From Lama glama (Eukaryota): a stretch of 64,000 nucleotides of DNA. The notes beneath the pieces are model-generated. The model did not search any database. It had not been told where the DNA came from and saw only the letters and a list, made by a program, of their open reading frames with translations. The stretch covers positions 65,412,001-65,476,000 of the forward strand of contig CM052817.1 in the NCBI GenBank assembly GCA_028534125.1, written 5' to 3'. Numbering within the stretch: position 1 is the stretch's first letter; each line of letters starts with the position of its first letter. The translations under genes were made by a program, and so were the position numbers. Shown here piece by piece: positions 50,068 to 62,952 of the stretch.

Positions 50068-51692
50068 AAAGGCTTTCTGGAGGAAAGGATATTCAACCTG
50101 AGAACTAAAGAAAGTGTGTATAAGGATATGTACAATAAGTACCAACAGCTCACGTGGTTGGAGAGTAGGTGTGTGCATACGTGTGTGTGCTAATGTGGAC
50201 GGATGGTGGGGAAGGATGTGTTATAAGAGATAGAACGAGAAAAGCAAGCTTTACCTAAATTACAAAGGCTCTTATAATCTACCTTGAGAAGTTTGGGGTC
50301 TTGCATCCCACCAACAGTGCTGTGGCTGTAGGTGCTAGGCACTGTTCACTGATTAGAAGAGCTAGGTGGGAACTCTACCAGATAGAATTCAACAGTATAA
50401 AGGGAGACAGATTTCATTCAAATAGTAAAGATATTATCATTTTTTGAAGCATGATAGCACTTAGCCAACAACAAATGTTTGCAGAGAAAATGATAACTAA
50501 ATGATTACAGAATTTCTAACTACCTAGTTCCTCATTAGAAGTCCATTTCACTGTTGACTTACCCGGCAGAATTTTAGACAATGTTTTTGCTCTGTTGGGG
50601 CCATGCAGCCTTCTACTCTTATGACTTGCAGGCAAATAGCACCCACTGGGAAAATTCTACTGCACATTGTCAGTTTTCAGATATGCAACCAGATCACTGC
50701 TGTGCTTTATTAAAGGCATAAATCTGAACTTGTGCTGAATATGTACAAAGGAAATTTGATTTGTACATCTTTATAACATCAAAGAGTTACTCCAGTTTCC
50801 AAAGGCAGCCTACTTACTGTCTCATTAAAGGATCAGCACCACAGTAATATTTTCCAATAGGTGATATCTTTGACAGGTCTGTGTTTCCCATGTTTTAAAT
50901 GCAGTGGAGAATTCAACAGAATCATAAATAAAATCCAAGCTAATATCTACTTCTTCAGTTGTCAATAATTCATCAGATATGGGAAAATAATGATTTTATT
51001 ATGACAAAAAATCCAGTTAAAATTAAGCTTTTTGGATAGAAATTTCTTTCTATAAGTATTTAGAGAATCTAAGTAGAAGTGGGTGACAGAAGAAGAATGA
51101 AAAGAGAAGGAAGAGAGGAAAGTGAGGAGATATCCACCTGTGCTTGATTAAAGAGAAAAATAATGATGTTTTTCTAAAGATTTGAATAAGCACTTCAAAG
51201 ATCTGCCACCAGCAAAAAAGTCAGCAGAGTCACTTTGATAATGAATTCAGCTAGGAAAGCAGCAAATCCTGTTGCATAATACAGGACTTCAAAAGCAGTG
51301 TTGCAACTCCTGAGTGACATGCTGTTAACCTTACCAGTTCAGTGTATCCAGGAGAAAATAATGTTTGTGTGTAAAGTTTCATGAAAAGAATTGGTAGGCA
51401 CAGGGATATTTTGTGGTTACATTCACTTCAGAGCAGCTGCTGCAAGAATTAAAAGCACAAAAATTCTGTAGCCCAACACAAGAGAAGTTATTTCTCACAC
51501 ATAGAGAAATCCAAGGATGATTAGTAATATGTTCCCACCTACCTGCAGTGGAGGCTGGGAAATTTAATCTGTGTCTGCGAAGCCACTTTTCAATGTCATC
51601 TCTGGGCTCTGGCAATTTTTAGTGAGCAGTTGACTCTCTTCCATGGGAGCCATCACTGTCTTCAGAAAATAGCAACAGATCCCCTCACCCCT

Positions 51693-52123
51693 CTTTTTAA
51701 ATTGAGCTATAGTCAGTTTACAATATTGTGTTAATTTCTGGCATACAGTATACTGATTCAGTTATATATATATATTCCTTTTCATATTATTTTCTATTAT
51801 AGGTCATTACAAGGTATTGAATATAGTTCCCTGTGCTATACAGTAGGACATTGTTGTTTATCTATTTTATTTATAGTAATTAGTATCTGCATATCCCAAA
51901 CTTCCGATTTATCCCTTCTCAACCTCTTTCCCCGCTGGTAACCATAGTTTGTTTTCTATGTCTGTGGGTCTGTCTTTGTTTTGCAAATAATTTCATTGTG
52001 TCTTTTTTTTTTTTTTTTTTTTTTAGATTCCACATCTAAGTGACATCATATGGTATTTTTCTTTCTCTTTCTGGCTTACTTAGAGTGACGATCTCCAGTC
52101 TCCACCCATGTTGCTGCAAATGG
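51693..52123 (-). mobile_element. L1 3' end (camelid/cetartiodactyl type)
   Basis: ttgagctatagtcagtttacaat...tatagttccctgtgctatacagtagg...ttagattccacat...ccatgttgctgcaaatgg. Confidence 0.92.
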
Positions 52124-55100
52124 ATAGTTCCCCCTTTGTTTTACTTTTCTAATAATTTCTGCATTGGAATGCGCACTTCTGATCTATGTCCAGTCCTTTA
52201 CGTTCATTTAGAAATAAAAAGGATTCTATTCAGTTCAATTTAACACAAATTTTTGTACTAAATATTACAGGGATCTAAGATTGTTGAGGCACAGAGTCTG
52301 TGAATATTAATAGTGAATAAACTATTGTTAGGATCCTCAGGGAAAATATAGAGAATATGTTCTAATAAGATTCAATTTCAGTGCAGAGCTGTGCTAGTCT
52401 CTTGTAAGAGTGTGAGAGGTTTACTTTTTTATATATATATTTTAATGAAACACCTTTCATTGAAGGATCAATTGTCACAAATTGTCACAACTGTCCTGAC
52501 ATTCGAATTGTTTGTTTATGTCACAGGTCAATAAATGAAATAAACTTTGTGAGATTTTAGTGACTCACTAAAGTGTAACCATACAGAGACCTTGATATGC
52601 ATCAAAAATGTCTGACTTTAAAGTAAAGGCTTCTCAATTCCGTCTTTCCAAAGTGGAGGAATAGCATAAGGCAGACTCAGAGGAGCCAGTGTTAAAATAA
52701 CATAACACATGGGGCCAGTCTTTCATTGACAACTAATAATTGATAATTTCTTCTAATGAGTTTTAGCTCAAGAAGTTTCCCCTGGACTAAGGAGGATGGC
52801 AAGTCCCACAACCACAGCACACACAGTAAATAGGCCTCACCTCTATCCTTACTGTCTATGCCCTTCAGTTCTCCACAGGCCAGGTTTAAAACTCCTAATT
52901 CTACTCTCATCCTTTTTGATAAAAAAATCAAATGCATTTTGGATCTTCATATGGAATTAGATATTGTAATGGAAAGAATGAAACCCAAAGGGTCTGGATC
53001 TGCCATTGTGTAACCTGAAATAGGCATTTAACCTTCAGAGTCTTAGTAGTTTCCTCATGTGTGAATTCAGACTTTCAGATTAATGAAGCTTCAGTGGCCT
53101 ATACACCCTGTTTGGTGAGTCTATTATTCTAACACATTTCTGTGTAATTATGTTGCCTATGCAGGGAATTCCAGTGTAAAAAGAAAGTCCAGTGGATATA
53201 GACTATTTCAATAATGGCCCTTTTGTTACTTAGATGTAAATTTACCTACTTGTTCAGTTTGGAAATCAGTTTGCTTATGCTACCTTCTGTTTGTCTTTAG
53301 CTTCTTCTGTGCTGTATCTTTCTTATCCCTATGAATGCAAATTACTGACTACCTGAAATTTATTTTATAAGCAACAAGCTTAAAAATTTGCACAATTCTT
53401 ATGTTTGGCAAAACTCTGCAGAGGAAGATAATGTATTGAAAAGAAATAGGCTTGGTTTTGGGAATACTTCCAATTTTGATTCCTTGGCAGGGTTGGACTT
53501 CCACTGGAAAATAAAATTAGCCAAAGCTTTAGCTCAAAATCTTTTGAACAATAAAGCTATGGGGATTACTCTAATGTATTCAAGGTGTCCATGTACTTTG
53601 AGTACAGCTAATAATAAGCTCCTTGGAAAATATGATGAAGACACTGGCAGATTATCAAAGTTCAACAAAATCAACTTCATGTACATCCAAGACTACCATT
53701 TCCAAAATAGGCTGGTGGATTGAGGTTTACTGTTTCATTTGGAATGGTAACTATCAGAGTGTGGGAGGCACTTTTCATAATCACAGGGATGGGACAGTAA
53801 GCTTTGCCTCCTACATTCAGTATGTGTCCTGATGCTGCTTTGTCTTTGCATCTGAAATTCCAAGTAGCTTCCTCCAAAGCAAAAGGCCACCCAGGAGCTG
53901 GAATGAAAGGAGAATGGTAAGGAATTTGTGGTGAAATTTGACTGCAGTCCCCAAAAGCCCCTTTCCTGTATTTGTAATGAGTATAGAGTAATATTTGAGT
54001 GCTTATAATGGGATGGATATTCTACCCACTAAACTCGGCCTCTAGGGATTCTGGAATAGCATTGTTTTCTTCTCAGATTGACTGGGCTTCAGAAGTGACA
54101 AAAGAAATTTCTTCACTGTTCCAAAATACAGAAAAACTAATAGAAATATTTCAAATCATGAGAATTTTCCTAGTAATCTAGCTACATCTAGGATTCATAG
54201 AGAGGGCTTTATTTTCAGAACTGACGAAATAGACTCTCTTTCTATTCAGGAATTATATAACTTCTAGCAGTCGTTTTCAACTAAAGAGGTGACGTGAAGA
54301 TTATATCAGTCACTCGTGACACTTTTTCAACTCATGCATTCTCTTCTCTCAACAGGCACCATTTCTCCCCAAGATTTTGGTGCATTCTTGCCCATGGGCA
54401 GCACGGCTATAATCTGTCACTGTGATTAATAGTTACTTATAAGAGTGGGTTGTGGCTCCTAGATTCTGGAGTGGGAAAAAGGTTGAGAAACAGCTCATGT
54501 GTCTTGGAGCAATGCTTCTTGACAGTATCCCGAGTTCTTTGGGGATTTATGAAGTTAGTAACGGAGATCTGTAGGTGGTGTTCATTATTTTTTAAAACAA
54601 CCTTATGGAAACTATAAACCTACTAACAATAAAGCTGCTCTAGCTGCTGGATAAAACTTTGTCTCTTGCTACAAGCTGAAGTTGTATCAACTCATGGTGA
54701 TGAGCTCGCTATCTCCAGCTGTTGGGAAGCTCTTCATGAATGCTTCCAAATCCCTTGGTGAATAGAAATGGAAAAATGAATTTCTATTTAACTAAGTATG
54801 GTCATTTGATACATAGACTGTTTCAAAATATAGAACATATAGAAAAAACTAATTAAAAGGGCATGCAGCATCTCAAAGTTTTGGCAACCACTGGCCTCAA
54901 ATGAGATAGAATTATCTCAGAAGAATTTCTACTAGGAAATATCTGTTGATTTCTCTTTAATCAGTAACTTATTAATAGTAACATCTGTATGTATGTTATG
55001 GCACAGATATGTATATTGTTCTGAAATAGAACTAGAGAAAGAACATCAAGTCTATTAATTAGGGAGAGGGTTCTCTATATATTGATAGCTGTAAGCACTT

Positions 55101-57105
55101 ATTAATTTTAATTATGACCTTTAAAAATTATTCCAGTTTTATTTATCGTCAGTAAATTTGAATTCCACACCCTTGCTTTTCCTGGGATGGGTGCCGTGGG
55201 TGGTGAGATTGTGGGAGGCTCAACTTTAGAATGCATTTTTACAAAATTACTCTCATCAGTAAGTTCTGGGTGTTACATAAGGTATGAATGATTGACCTCA
55301 AAAATATATCTGCAGATATGATTCTCGTTAATGTAGTTCTCACTACTTTTTGTATAATGGTTGATAGAGTCTGGACATTTGGATCTCTTTCTTTCTATTA
55401 TAGAATTAGTAAGAATTTCTATTAGCCACCTATTAGGAAAGTTGTTGCTGAACCAAGAAAATCATAAAGCAGAGATAGGAGCCCTTGAAAGCGACCAGGC
55501 TTTTAACTTTAAAGGAGCAGAAAGCTCTTTGTCCTTTTCTCTGCTTTCTTCATAATTCCAATTAGAATTAGAGGCAGAAGGACAAAGAGTGGCAGGGCTC
55601 TGTTAAATGGCATTGAGGAACACGGGCATAAGAAGGGTGACGTAGGTTCAAAATGAACAAATATGTGGGTCTGTTGGTGGGATCTCCAAGGTATCAGCAA
55701 GAAAACAATGAAAGAAGGTTGACTTGCTGATTTTCCTGGAAGAAAGATGTTGTTTAATTCTGAAACTAAAGCGCATTCTAGAATTCTGCTTTTTCAAACA
55801 AGAGTTAACAAGTTCTTGAGACTCCTGGTCATCCTTTTAAGTTGCTCCAAGAAAGAGCAAAAATACATTATAAATAACAACCCCAATCCATTAGCATACT
55901 TATTTAACAATAGTTTGGCACTCTTGCAGTGACTCTGGGCTATATCATTTCAGTGTTCAGTTGGTGGTCATAGCAACTCTTCAGTCAGATTTTAACAAAA
56001 GGAGGTTGGGCAGAGAAAGAAAGAAAAGAAACGAAGGATGCCAAGCATTTACTTTGTGAAATAATACTATAGGGATTCATCTTTTTGAAATCCCTTTCTC
56101 ATCTCTGCCTGCTTCCGCTGTAAAGCAGGGAGATGAGTTGGGAACTTGAAAGTAGTTTGACATCTGTCCCACTTCCTGTGTCTAACATCGCCCCTTGGTC
56201 AGAGTGTGCTCTAGGCAGACAGCAGAGGGGAGGAAGCCCAGAGCACAGCAATCAGAGAACCAGCACAATACAGAGCCTTTATTCTGTGGCCCATCGAGTC
56301 AGAGGGCTCTGTCGGGAAGGGAGTTTGTCAGGTTTACAGGTGCTGCGAGAACCTAGCAAACAGTTGCAGGGGAAAGTCAGAGATCATTGCATTGTCCGTC
56401 TGTCAGCAATTCCAAAGTTACCTTTCCCCTGCTTTGAACTTAGTGAGTTTTTTTTTTTATCCTTTTTCTTCCTCCCCATCACAAAACTCAGTGTAGTGCT
56501 CTGTATGCACATTGGCCTCTCAACAATTGTGGGCAGGTTGGAAATATGATACATTTGAAATAATAGAATGGGACAGGGTGAGAATCTAACGTAGGAACCC
56601 TAACTGATGAATGGTCTCGCTGCTGCCTTCCGAATCCTCCCTGGTGTTGGAGCAGGGTTTGCTTTTGGCAGGGCCGTTCCTGTGAGGGGTAGGACTACTC
56701 ACAGACGACTAGCTTGCAGACTCTCTCTTGCCTGAGAACTTTTGGAGCTGGGCCGCTGCATTAGACCCTTCCTCCCAGCCCTCCTTCCTTTCCCGGGTCC
56801 TTCCGCAGGAGTCGGACCTGCAGCGCCCTGTGGAGGTTCCTCGGCTCCTCCCCTTTGCCCCACACGGGGGATTTTCTCCAGTGAGTCTCTTGCAGGTTTA
56901 ATGCTGTGTTCGCAACTGTTCCTCAGAGGAGTTGAGCTGAAACAAGGGAAAGAGACTTTCTCCCATGGTTTAGAGCTCTACATTAGAATGTAAATAATGT
57001 GTTAGGAAAAAACTAAGGGACAAAAAGTAGATACTCAAGTGGAATTCCAAATTGTGCTTGGTTACCCTCTCTCCCTTAACCTTTTGCCTCTTCGCAGCCC
57101 GCTAG

Positions 57106-57302
57106 CAGGGGTTGGCCATTATTTCTGTAAAAAGCAAGATGGTCTCTGCGGCAACTACACAATCTTCCACTGTAGAGTAAAAGCACCCAGAGACACCTTC
57201 TAAAGGAATGGACACGGTTATGTTCCAATAAAACTTTTTTTTTTTAAAAAAAACCAGTAGCAGGGCTTATTTGACCTGTGGGTCCTGTTTTGCCCACCCC
57301 GG
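57106..57302 (+). mobile_element. MER58A (hAT-Charlie), small internal deletion
   Basis: TIRs caggggttggc / gcccaccccgg; ggtctctgcggcaactac; tgttccaataaaacttt. Confidence 0.85.
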
Positions 57303-58355
57303 GTCTTTCAGGTTAATATTGGAGATTTCCTTTGGCTGAATTATTCAGTTATTTACTTAGGCCCCTGGAAACTGATCATTTAAAGCTAGAAAGAACAAAG
57401 AATCTGTGTTCTGCATTGGTATCTTCTCCATTAGAAGTACCTCACCCTACAGACAGCATTCAGGCTCTTTCCTGGGGAGCTCGTGAGTGTCACATGGTGC
57501 TCACTCCCCAGATCGCTTTCATTTGCTTACAAATTTGCTAAGCACTTCACTTCCTATTCTGACAAAGGAAACTTCATTTTTTTCTTGTTGCTGGAAATTT
57601 TAAAGCTGAAATATAAGAAGATGATGACTGCATCTTACAAAAGCTTCTAGCAACTACAGTAAGAGTCACCATGGCAACTCACATCTTTTTGGATTAAAGC
57701 ATTTTGGAGTAGGAGTTGATGAGGAAAAAAAAAACATTGCATGCAGCCAACTGAGATTTTGACTTTAGCTAGAAAAATACCCTGGGGTTTCCCTAGATGT
57801 GTAGGAGTTGGGAAGCAGGAAGCAGAGCTGATAAAGGTCCCATGGTCAAGAACAAACCCAGGTAAGAGGTCAGTCAATCAAGTGGCCAAGTACGCTGCTG
57901 CTGCAAATGAGATGAGAAGGTTTTACTTCCCTGATTACGCTTAATTGGTGGTGACTTTCAATATTTTGTTTTATATACTTAAGGTCACTTTATTTAGATC
58001 CTTGCCTGGATACTATACTTGGATTTTCCATTCTGGAAGAAAGGATTTGGAAAAGGGCACTGGACCTAATGGGATTCCCTTTGGCACTTATTGTTCCAAA
58101 CTTTAAGACAGAATAGCAGGAGATGGCCTCGGCTCTTGAACAGTGATCTGGGATGGTGGCAATGTAAAGCTTGGCCTTTCTCTTGAGATCTGTGACTCAG
58201 AATGGACTTCCAAGCCATCCCTTTGTCTCTTGGCACGTCACCCTGATCCCTTTGTCCTTCCCTCCCTCTTCATTCTTGTTGAGGACTAGCTAGCAAAATA
58301 AGTAGTAGGTGATAAAGCTTCATTTACACAAAGCCTCTTAAAAATAGTATCAAGG

Positions 58356-58588
58356 GGGCGGGGTAGAGGGTGGGAAGGGATAGACGGGGATTTCAAAATT
58401 GTAGAATAGATAAACAAGATTACACTGTATAGCACAGGGAAATATACACAAAATGTTATGATAAATCACAGAGGAAAAAAATGTGACAATGAGTGTGTAT
58501 ATGTCCATGAATGACTGAAAAATTGTGCTGAACACTGGAATTTGACACAACACTGTAAAATGATTATGAATCAATAAAAAATGTAAAA
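58356..58588 (+). mobile_element. Young 5'-truncated L1 with perfect 16-bp TSD
   Basis: TSD aaaaatagtatcaagg at 58340-58355 and 58589-58604; L1 3' UTR tagataaacaag...ctgtatagcacagggaaatata; A-rich tail. Confidence 0.92.
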
Positions 58589-58934
58589 AAAAATAGTATC
58601 AAGGTGGAGTGCTTTTAATGAAGCACCCATAGGTGTGAGAGTTAATCATCAAATTGGTGATCATATCAATGATAATGATATAATTAATATAAGTCATTAG
58701 TGACAACAATAATAGTTAAAGTGATGGACTAAGCATGATCACAGTGACCTCTAAAATAATAGTGAAATCTGTACCAGCACATTTGATTTTTACAGTATCT
58801 TGTGTACTCAGCATTTTTATAGATTAGAAAATTTAGGCTCAGAGTTTAATTCTGATTGAATGATTCTACCAAGGGCATAAAGCTGACAATTCATAAGGTT
58901 GAAATTGTTGGCTAGTCTGGCCTCTGAAGACTGA

Positions 58935-59130
58935 AACGGTGGTTAGGCTTAGAACTCTGAAGCCAGGTGATCTGGGTTTGAATCCTGGTTCTCCTCTTTT
59001 CATGGTAAGCTACTCAGCCTCTCTGTCTCTGCCCCACAGGGCAGTTAGAAGGATTAAATGAGTAGTATTTGGATAATGTTTAGAGCCATGCTTGGCACAC
59101 ATACTAAATTAATGTTTGTAAAATAAATAA
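58935..59130 (+). mobile_element. MIR SINE
   Basis: actctgaagccagg...ctgggtttgaatcctgg...aggattaaatgag...tgcttggcaca. Confidence 0.8.
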
Positions 59131-59325
59131 ATATACCCCATTGGTTCTGAGAGTTAGCCAACATTAGGAAATCTACCTGAAATTTCTAAGCTTCCTTTTC
59201 TATTAATCTGCAAAATGGAGATACCAAAAGCATCTACCTTACAAGTGTTTTCAAGGCTGATTGGACTCAACATAAGGTCTTAATATAATATAACTTATTA
59301 AGGGCTGTATTTTTGTTAGCTGTTG

Positions 59326-60183
59326 AACTAGTCTGGTTCTCTAGAGAAACAGAATAAATTATGTATATATACATATATAAAATTATTTATATTTATATAT
59401 ACATATAAAATTATTTTTATATATACATGTATTTTTAACTCGAAGGAGTTGCCTTATGCAGCTATGGAGGTGGAGAAGTCAGTCCACGATCTGTAACCAG
59501 GAAGCTGGAGACCCGGGAGAACCAATGTTGTAAATTTCAATCTGAGTCTTAATCTAAAGGCAGAAGAGCAGATGGATGTCCCAGCTCAAAGACTTTCAAG
59601 CAGAAAACATTCTTTCTTTGTCAGCCTTTTATTCTTTTCAGGCCTTCAATGAATACCACCCACATTGGGGACGGTGACCTGCTTTACTCAGTCTACCAAT
59701 TCAAATGTTAATCTCACCCAGAAACACCCTCCCAGACAGACTCAGAAGTCAAGTTTCTTATGGACTGAATATTTATGTCTCTCTAAAATTCATACGTTGA
59801 AATCCTAGACCTCAAGGTAACAGCAGTAGGAAGTGGCTGGGGGAGGGGGCTCCTTGAAAGGTGATTAGGTCATGAGGATGGAGCCCTTATGGACGGGTTT
59901 AGTGCCCTTATTAAAGAGACCTAGAAAGATCCTTTGTTTCTTTCACCATGTGAGGTAACAGCAAAAAGACGGCTTTCTAGGACATGGCCCACAACAGACA
60001 CTGAATCTGTCTTGCCCTTGAACTTTCAGCCTCCAGAACTGTGAGAAATACATTTTTGTTGTTTGTAAGCCACTCAGTTTATGCTGTTTTGTTATAACAG
60101 CCCCAAAGGACCAAGATAATGTTTAACCAAATATCTGGGCACACCGTGGCCCAGTCAAGTTGTTGCATAAAATTAACCAGCCA
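59326..60183 (-). mobile_element. MLT2B-type LTR, split by a nested MLT1A
   Basis: ggttctctagagaaacagaa...ctgctttactcagtctaccaattcaaatgttaatctc...aaatatctgggcac..cgtggcccagtcaagttg..cataaaattaacca. Confidence 0.88.
59756..60118 (+). mobile_element. MLT1A-type solo LTR nested in MLT2
   Basis: tatggactgaat...aaattcatacgttgaaatccta...cagcctccagaactgtgagaaata; TSD aagtt/atgtt. Confidence 0.88.
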
Positions 60184-60879
60184 AGCTAATATGGTTATTT
60201 TTATTGTTTATTCTTTTGTGGAGCAGAAGTCTATGCAAATAAATCAACCACATCATCACTGAAATATAGACCACTATAAATGGCTAATGTGGATAATGTG
60301 TATAAAAATTTAAATTTCTTAGGCAAACACACATGTTATCCAGAGATTAATCTGCTTGGCTGACCAAGTAGTTTCAATTACATTTTAAGGACATTTTTTC
60401 TAATAGATAAACATCTTGTTTAGGCACGAGATAACTTAAGAGTAACAGGTTGATTGAAAAGACAGTGGACTCAAAATAGACCCATGTGTAAAAATATTAG
60501 GACCTCCCTGAAGTGTTGGAATTTTAAGACATCAATTGGACAGCAGCCTTTTAAAACTGCTAAATTAAGGCAAAGTTCTTGCCAGACAAAGCACCTTTGC
60601 CTGCGAGGGGAATTTGAGAAACGCCACAGATGGTTTCCTAAAAAAGACCCATTTGAAATTCCTACAACCTGAGAACAAAACTGCAATTGCGGAACACACC
60701 TCCCCTCAGCTGCCACTATGAATGCATCGACCCACAACCCTGCCACCTGGGAAGACCTGGGCCTGGTGCCCCGGTCCAGCCCCTACCTGCCTCTCCAGCT
60801 CCGTCTCTGTCTCCTCCCCTTTTCTCTCCTTTACTTACACTGGACTTTTCTTAGTTCTGCCGGTCAGCCATGCTCATCC

Positions 60880-61303
60880 TCGCTTTCACGATTTGATGTG
60901 CTCCCTTCCATGGTGAATGCTCTTTCCTCACTCCTGCTTAGCTCTTCCTCATCTTTCTGTCCTAGATTAGGTACCACTTCTCTGAGTGGACTTCCTTGAT
61001 CGCCCAGGCAAGATTCAACCTCTCCAAGAGCATACATAGTCTTATCTTCTAGCATGCATCTCGCTCTCTATTTTTTTTAATGGAGGCACTGGGGATTGAA
61101 CCCAGGACCTCCTGCACGCTAAGCACGTGCTCTACCATTAAGCTCTACCCTCCCCGCAGCACCCATATCTCTAAATTATTTTTCTTACTATCGATTTTAG
61201 TAACTATACATACTAAGATAATGTAAACTCCTGAAGGGCAGGGCCTGTGATCATTCCATATTCTCTGTTCCTATTACTGCACATAGAGGTACTTCATTAA
61301 ATG
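60880..61303 (+). mobile_element. L2 3' fragment hosting a SINE and a Kanga element; tail resumes at ~61984
   Basis: atgtaaactcctgaagggcagggcc...gcacatagaggtacttcattaaatg | tatttgttaaataaat. Confidence 0.7.
61071..61155 (-). mobile_element. tRNA-Ala(AGC)-derived short SINE, camelid vic-1 type
   Basis: Reverse complement ggggagggtagagcttaatggtagagcacgtgcttagcgtgcaggaggtcctgggttcaatccccagtgcctcca plus A tail; A and B boxes present. Confidence 0.85.
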
Positions 61304-61983
61304 CTATATTTAATTGAATAGAAGAGGCATTGATTGTAAGACACACCAGAATTTCATACATCTGTAGGAAGAAAAACACTTCCAATTAAACTATGACATG
61401 ATGCTTTTTTTTATCATTTAGAATTTTTATTCTATATTTAATATAAGACATTATTCAGTCATGTAGACAGATTTTTTTTATCATATATCACTTTTGTACA
61501 TATATGAAAGGAAAAAGTGGAATAAATTGGTTAATACATTTCCTAAACATCTTCACATTCAGAGTCTGACTCTTCTGATGATTTTATTTTTTATTGTGGT
61601 AAACTATGTATCACATAAAATATAGCATCTTCACCATTTTTAAGTGTACAGGTCAGTGGCTTTCAGCACATTCCCATTGTTGTGAAATTTATTTTTTGAC
61701 ACTTTCTTTAGGAGTTCTTTTTTCCTCTGCCCACCCCACCCCAACCCGTCTTCCAAGTATCCTCTATGCCATCAAGAGCATTGGTGATAGCACTTCTTAA
61801 AAAGATGATCCACCATTGTCTCTGAGAATTTCTTGCAAACTTCATACCCGTTCCTCATGTATTTGTATACACATGCCCAGGCAATGACAACTCCATCATG
61901 ACTGCTGCTGGGCCAAGGTGATTTTAAGATGTATCCTCTTTCTAGAGATGTTGAAAGTGAAAAAAGTGAAACAGCAAACATGG
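61304..61983 (-). mobile_element. Kanga/MER104-type Tc2 (TcMar) DNA transposon, internally deleted, with transposase C-terminal relic
   Basis: Ends cattgattgtaagacacacc...ccaattaaactatgaca and gattttaagatgtatcc..agagatgttgaaagtgaaaaa; minus strand ~61755-61805 reads FKKC then, after a frameshift, ITNALDGIED. Confidence 0.72.
61582..61690 (-). mobile_element. L1MA/MB-type 3' end nested in Kanga
   Basis: ttttattgtggtaaa...accatttttaagtgtacaggtcagtgg. Confidence 0.8.
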
Positions 61984-62334
61984 TATTTGTTAAATAAATA
62001 CGGGAACCTCTGTAAATATATGTAAGAAGTTCTATATGCATATATATGCGTATAGGTAGGTAGCAATGACATTTTGTGCTCAGTATGTCTGTGAGAAATG
62101 AGGAGGCCACATCTGATTGGGTATAGACAGGCCTTCTTGAGAATTTTAGAGAACTGCACCCTCCCCTTCCTCCTGCTTCCTGTCCCTGTAGGGCTGCAGG
62201 GAGGAGGGGGTTGGGGCTTTCGCTCACATGGAAGAAACTTGGCCACGCCTTTCTCTTGAGTTCTGGCACTTTTTTCCACCAGCCTCTTGCCCTCTCATTG
62301 TAACACCTGACTGAATTTATACCCAGTGACTTAG

Positions 62335-62490
62335 GATCCTGGTTTTGTGAAGGCTGAAGGACACCATAGATTGTATCTAGTCAAATACCTTTCTTTTATA
62401 GAAAAGGGAAATTGATATCCGTAGAGGTAAGAGGCAACTTGTTCACAGTCACATGTGGACAAATGAAGAGCAGAGAAAATTGGGTAGATA
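62335..62490 (-). mobile_element. MIR fragment
   Basis: ttttatagaaaagggaaattga...agaggtaaga..caacttgttcacagtcaca. Confidence 0.6.
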
Positions 62491-62575
62491 CTCCAGTGAA
62501 AACTCATAAGCTAAGCATTTAGGAAATCTACACTCATGCTACTTACACTTATAATACATGTTGTTTGAAAAAATC

Positions 62576-62952
62576 TGTTATGGGATGAATTGGGTCCTCT
62601 TAAATTTCATATGTGGAAGTCCCCACCCCTAGGACCCCAGAATGCAAGTGTATTTGGAGATAAGATCTTTAAAGAGGTAATCATGGTTAAAATGAGGCTG
62701 CTAGGTGGACCCTAATTTAATCTGGCTGGTATCTTTATAGGACAGAGATTAGGAAATGCAGAAAGAGACACCAGGGATGCAGGAAGAAGGCGACCATCTA
62801 CAAGCCAAAAAGAGAAGCTTCAGAGGAAACTAACCCAACTGACACTTTGATCTCAAACGTCTAGTTTCCAGAACTGTGAGAAAAGAAATTCCCCTTGTTT
62901 AAGCCACCCTGTGTGTGGCATTTTGTTATGGCAACCGTAGGAAGGTAATACA
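62576..62952 (+). mobile_element. MLT1B-type solo LTR, full length
   Basis: tgttatgggatgaattg...ccagaactgtgagaaaagaaatt...gttatggcaacc...taataca; TSD aaatc/acatc. Confidence 0.9.

Noticed and set aside
50563..50734. Minus-strand exon-like segment (acceptor tttcctttgtacatattcag, donor CGG|gtaagt)
   Set aside because: Stops in all three frames and no partner exons found; at most a non-coding exon
52471..52490. attgtcacaa x2 direct repeat (similar 10-bp duplication at ~44458-44478)
   Set aside because: Ordinary micro-duplications from slippage
53711..53796. Plus-strand exon-like segment (WWIEVYCFIWNG...)
   Set aside because: Weak acceptor (ccaaaatag) and unrecognised peptide; not supportable
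61081..61155. tRNA-Ala(AGC) gene
   Set aside because: Altered 5' end, stem mismatches, an A-tail and insertion in L2 indicate a SINE rather than a functional tRNA
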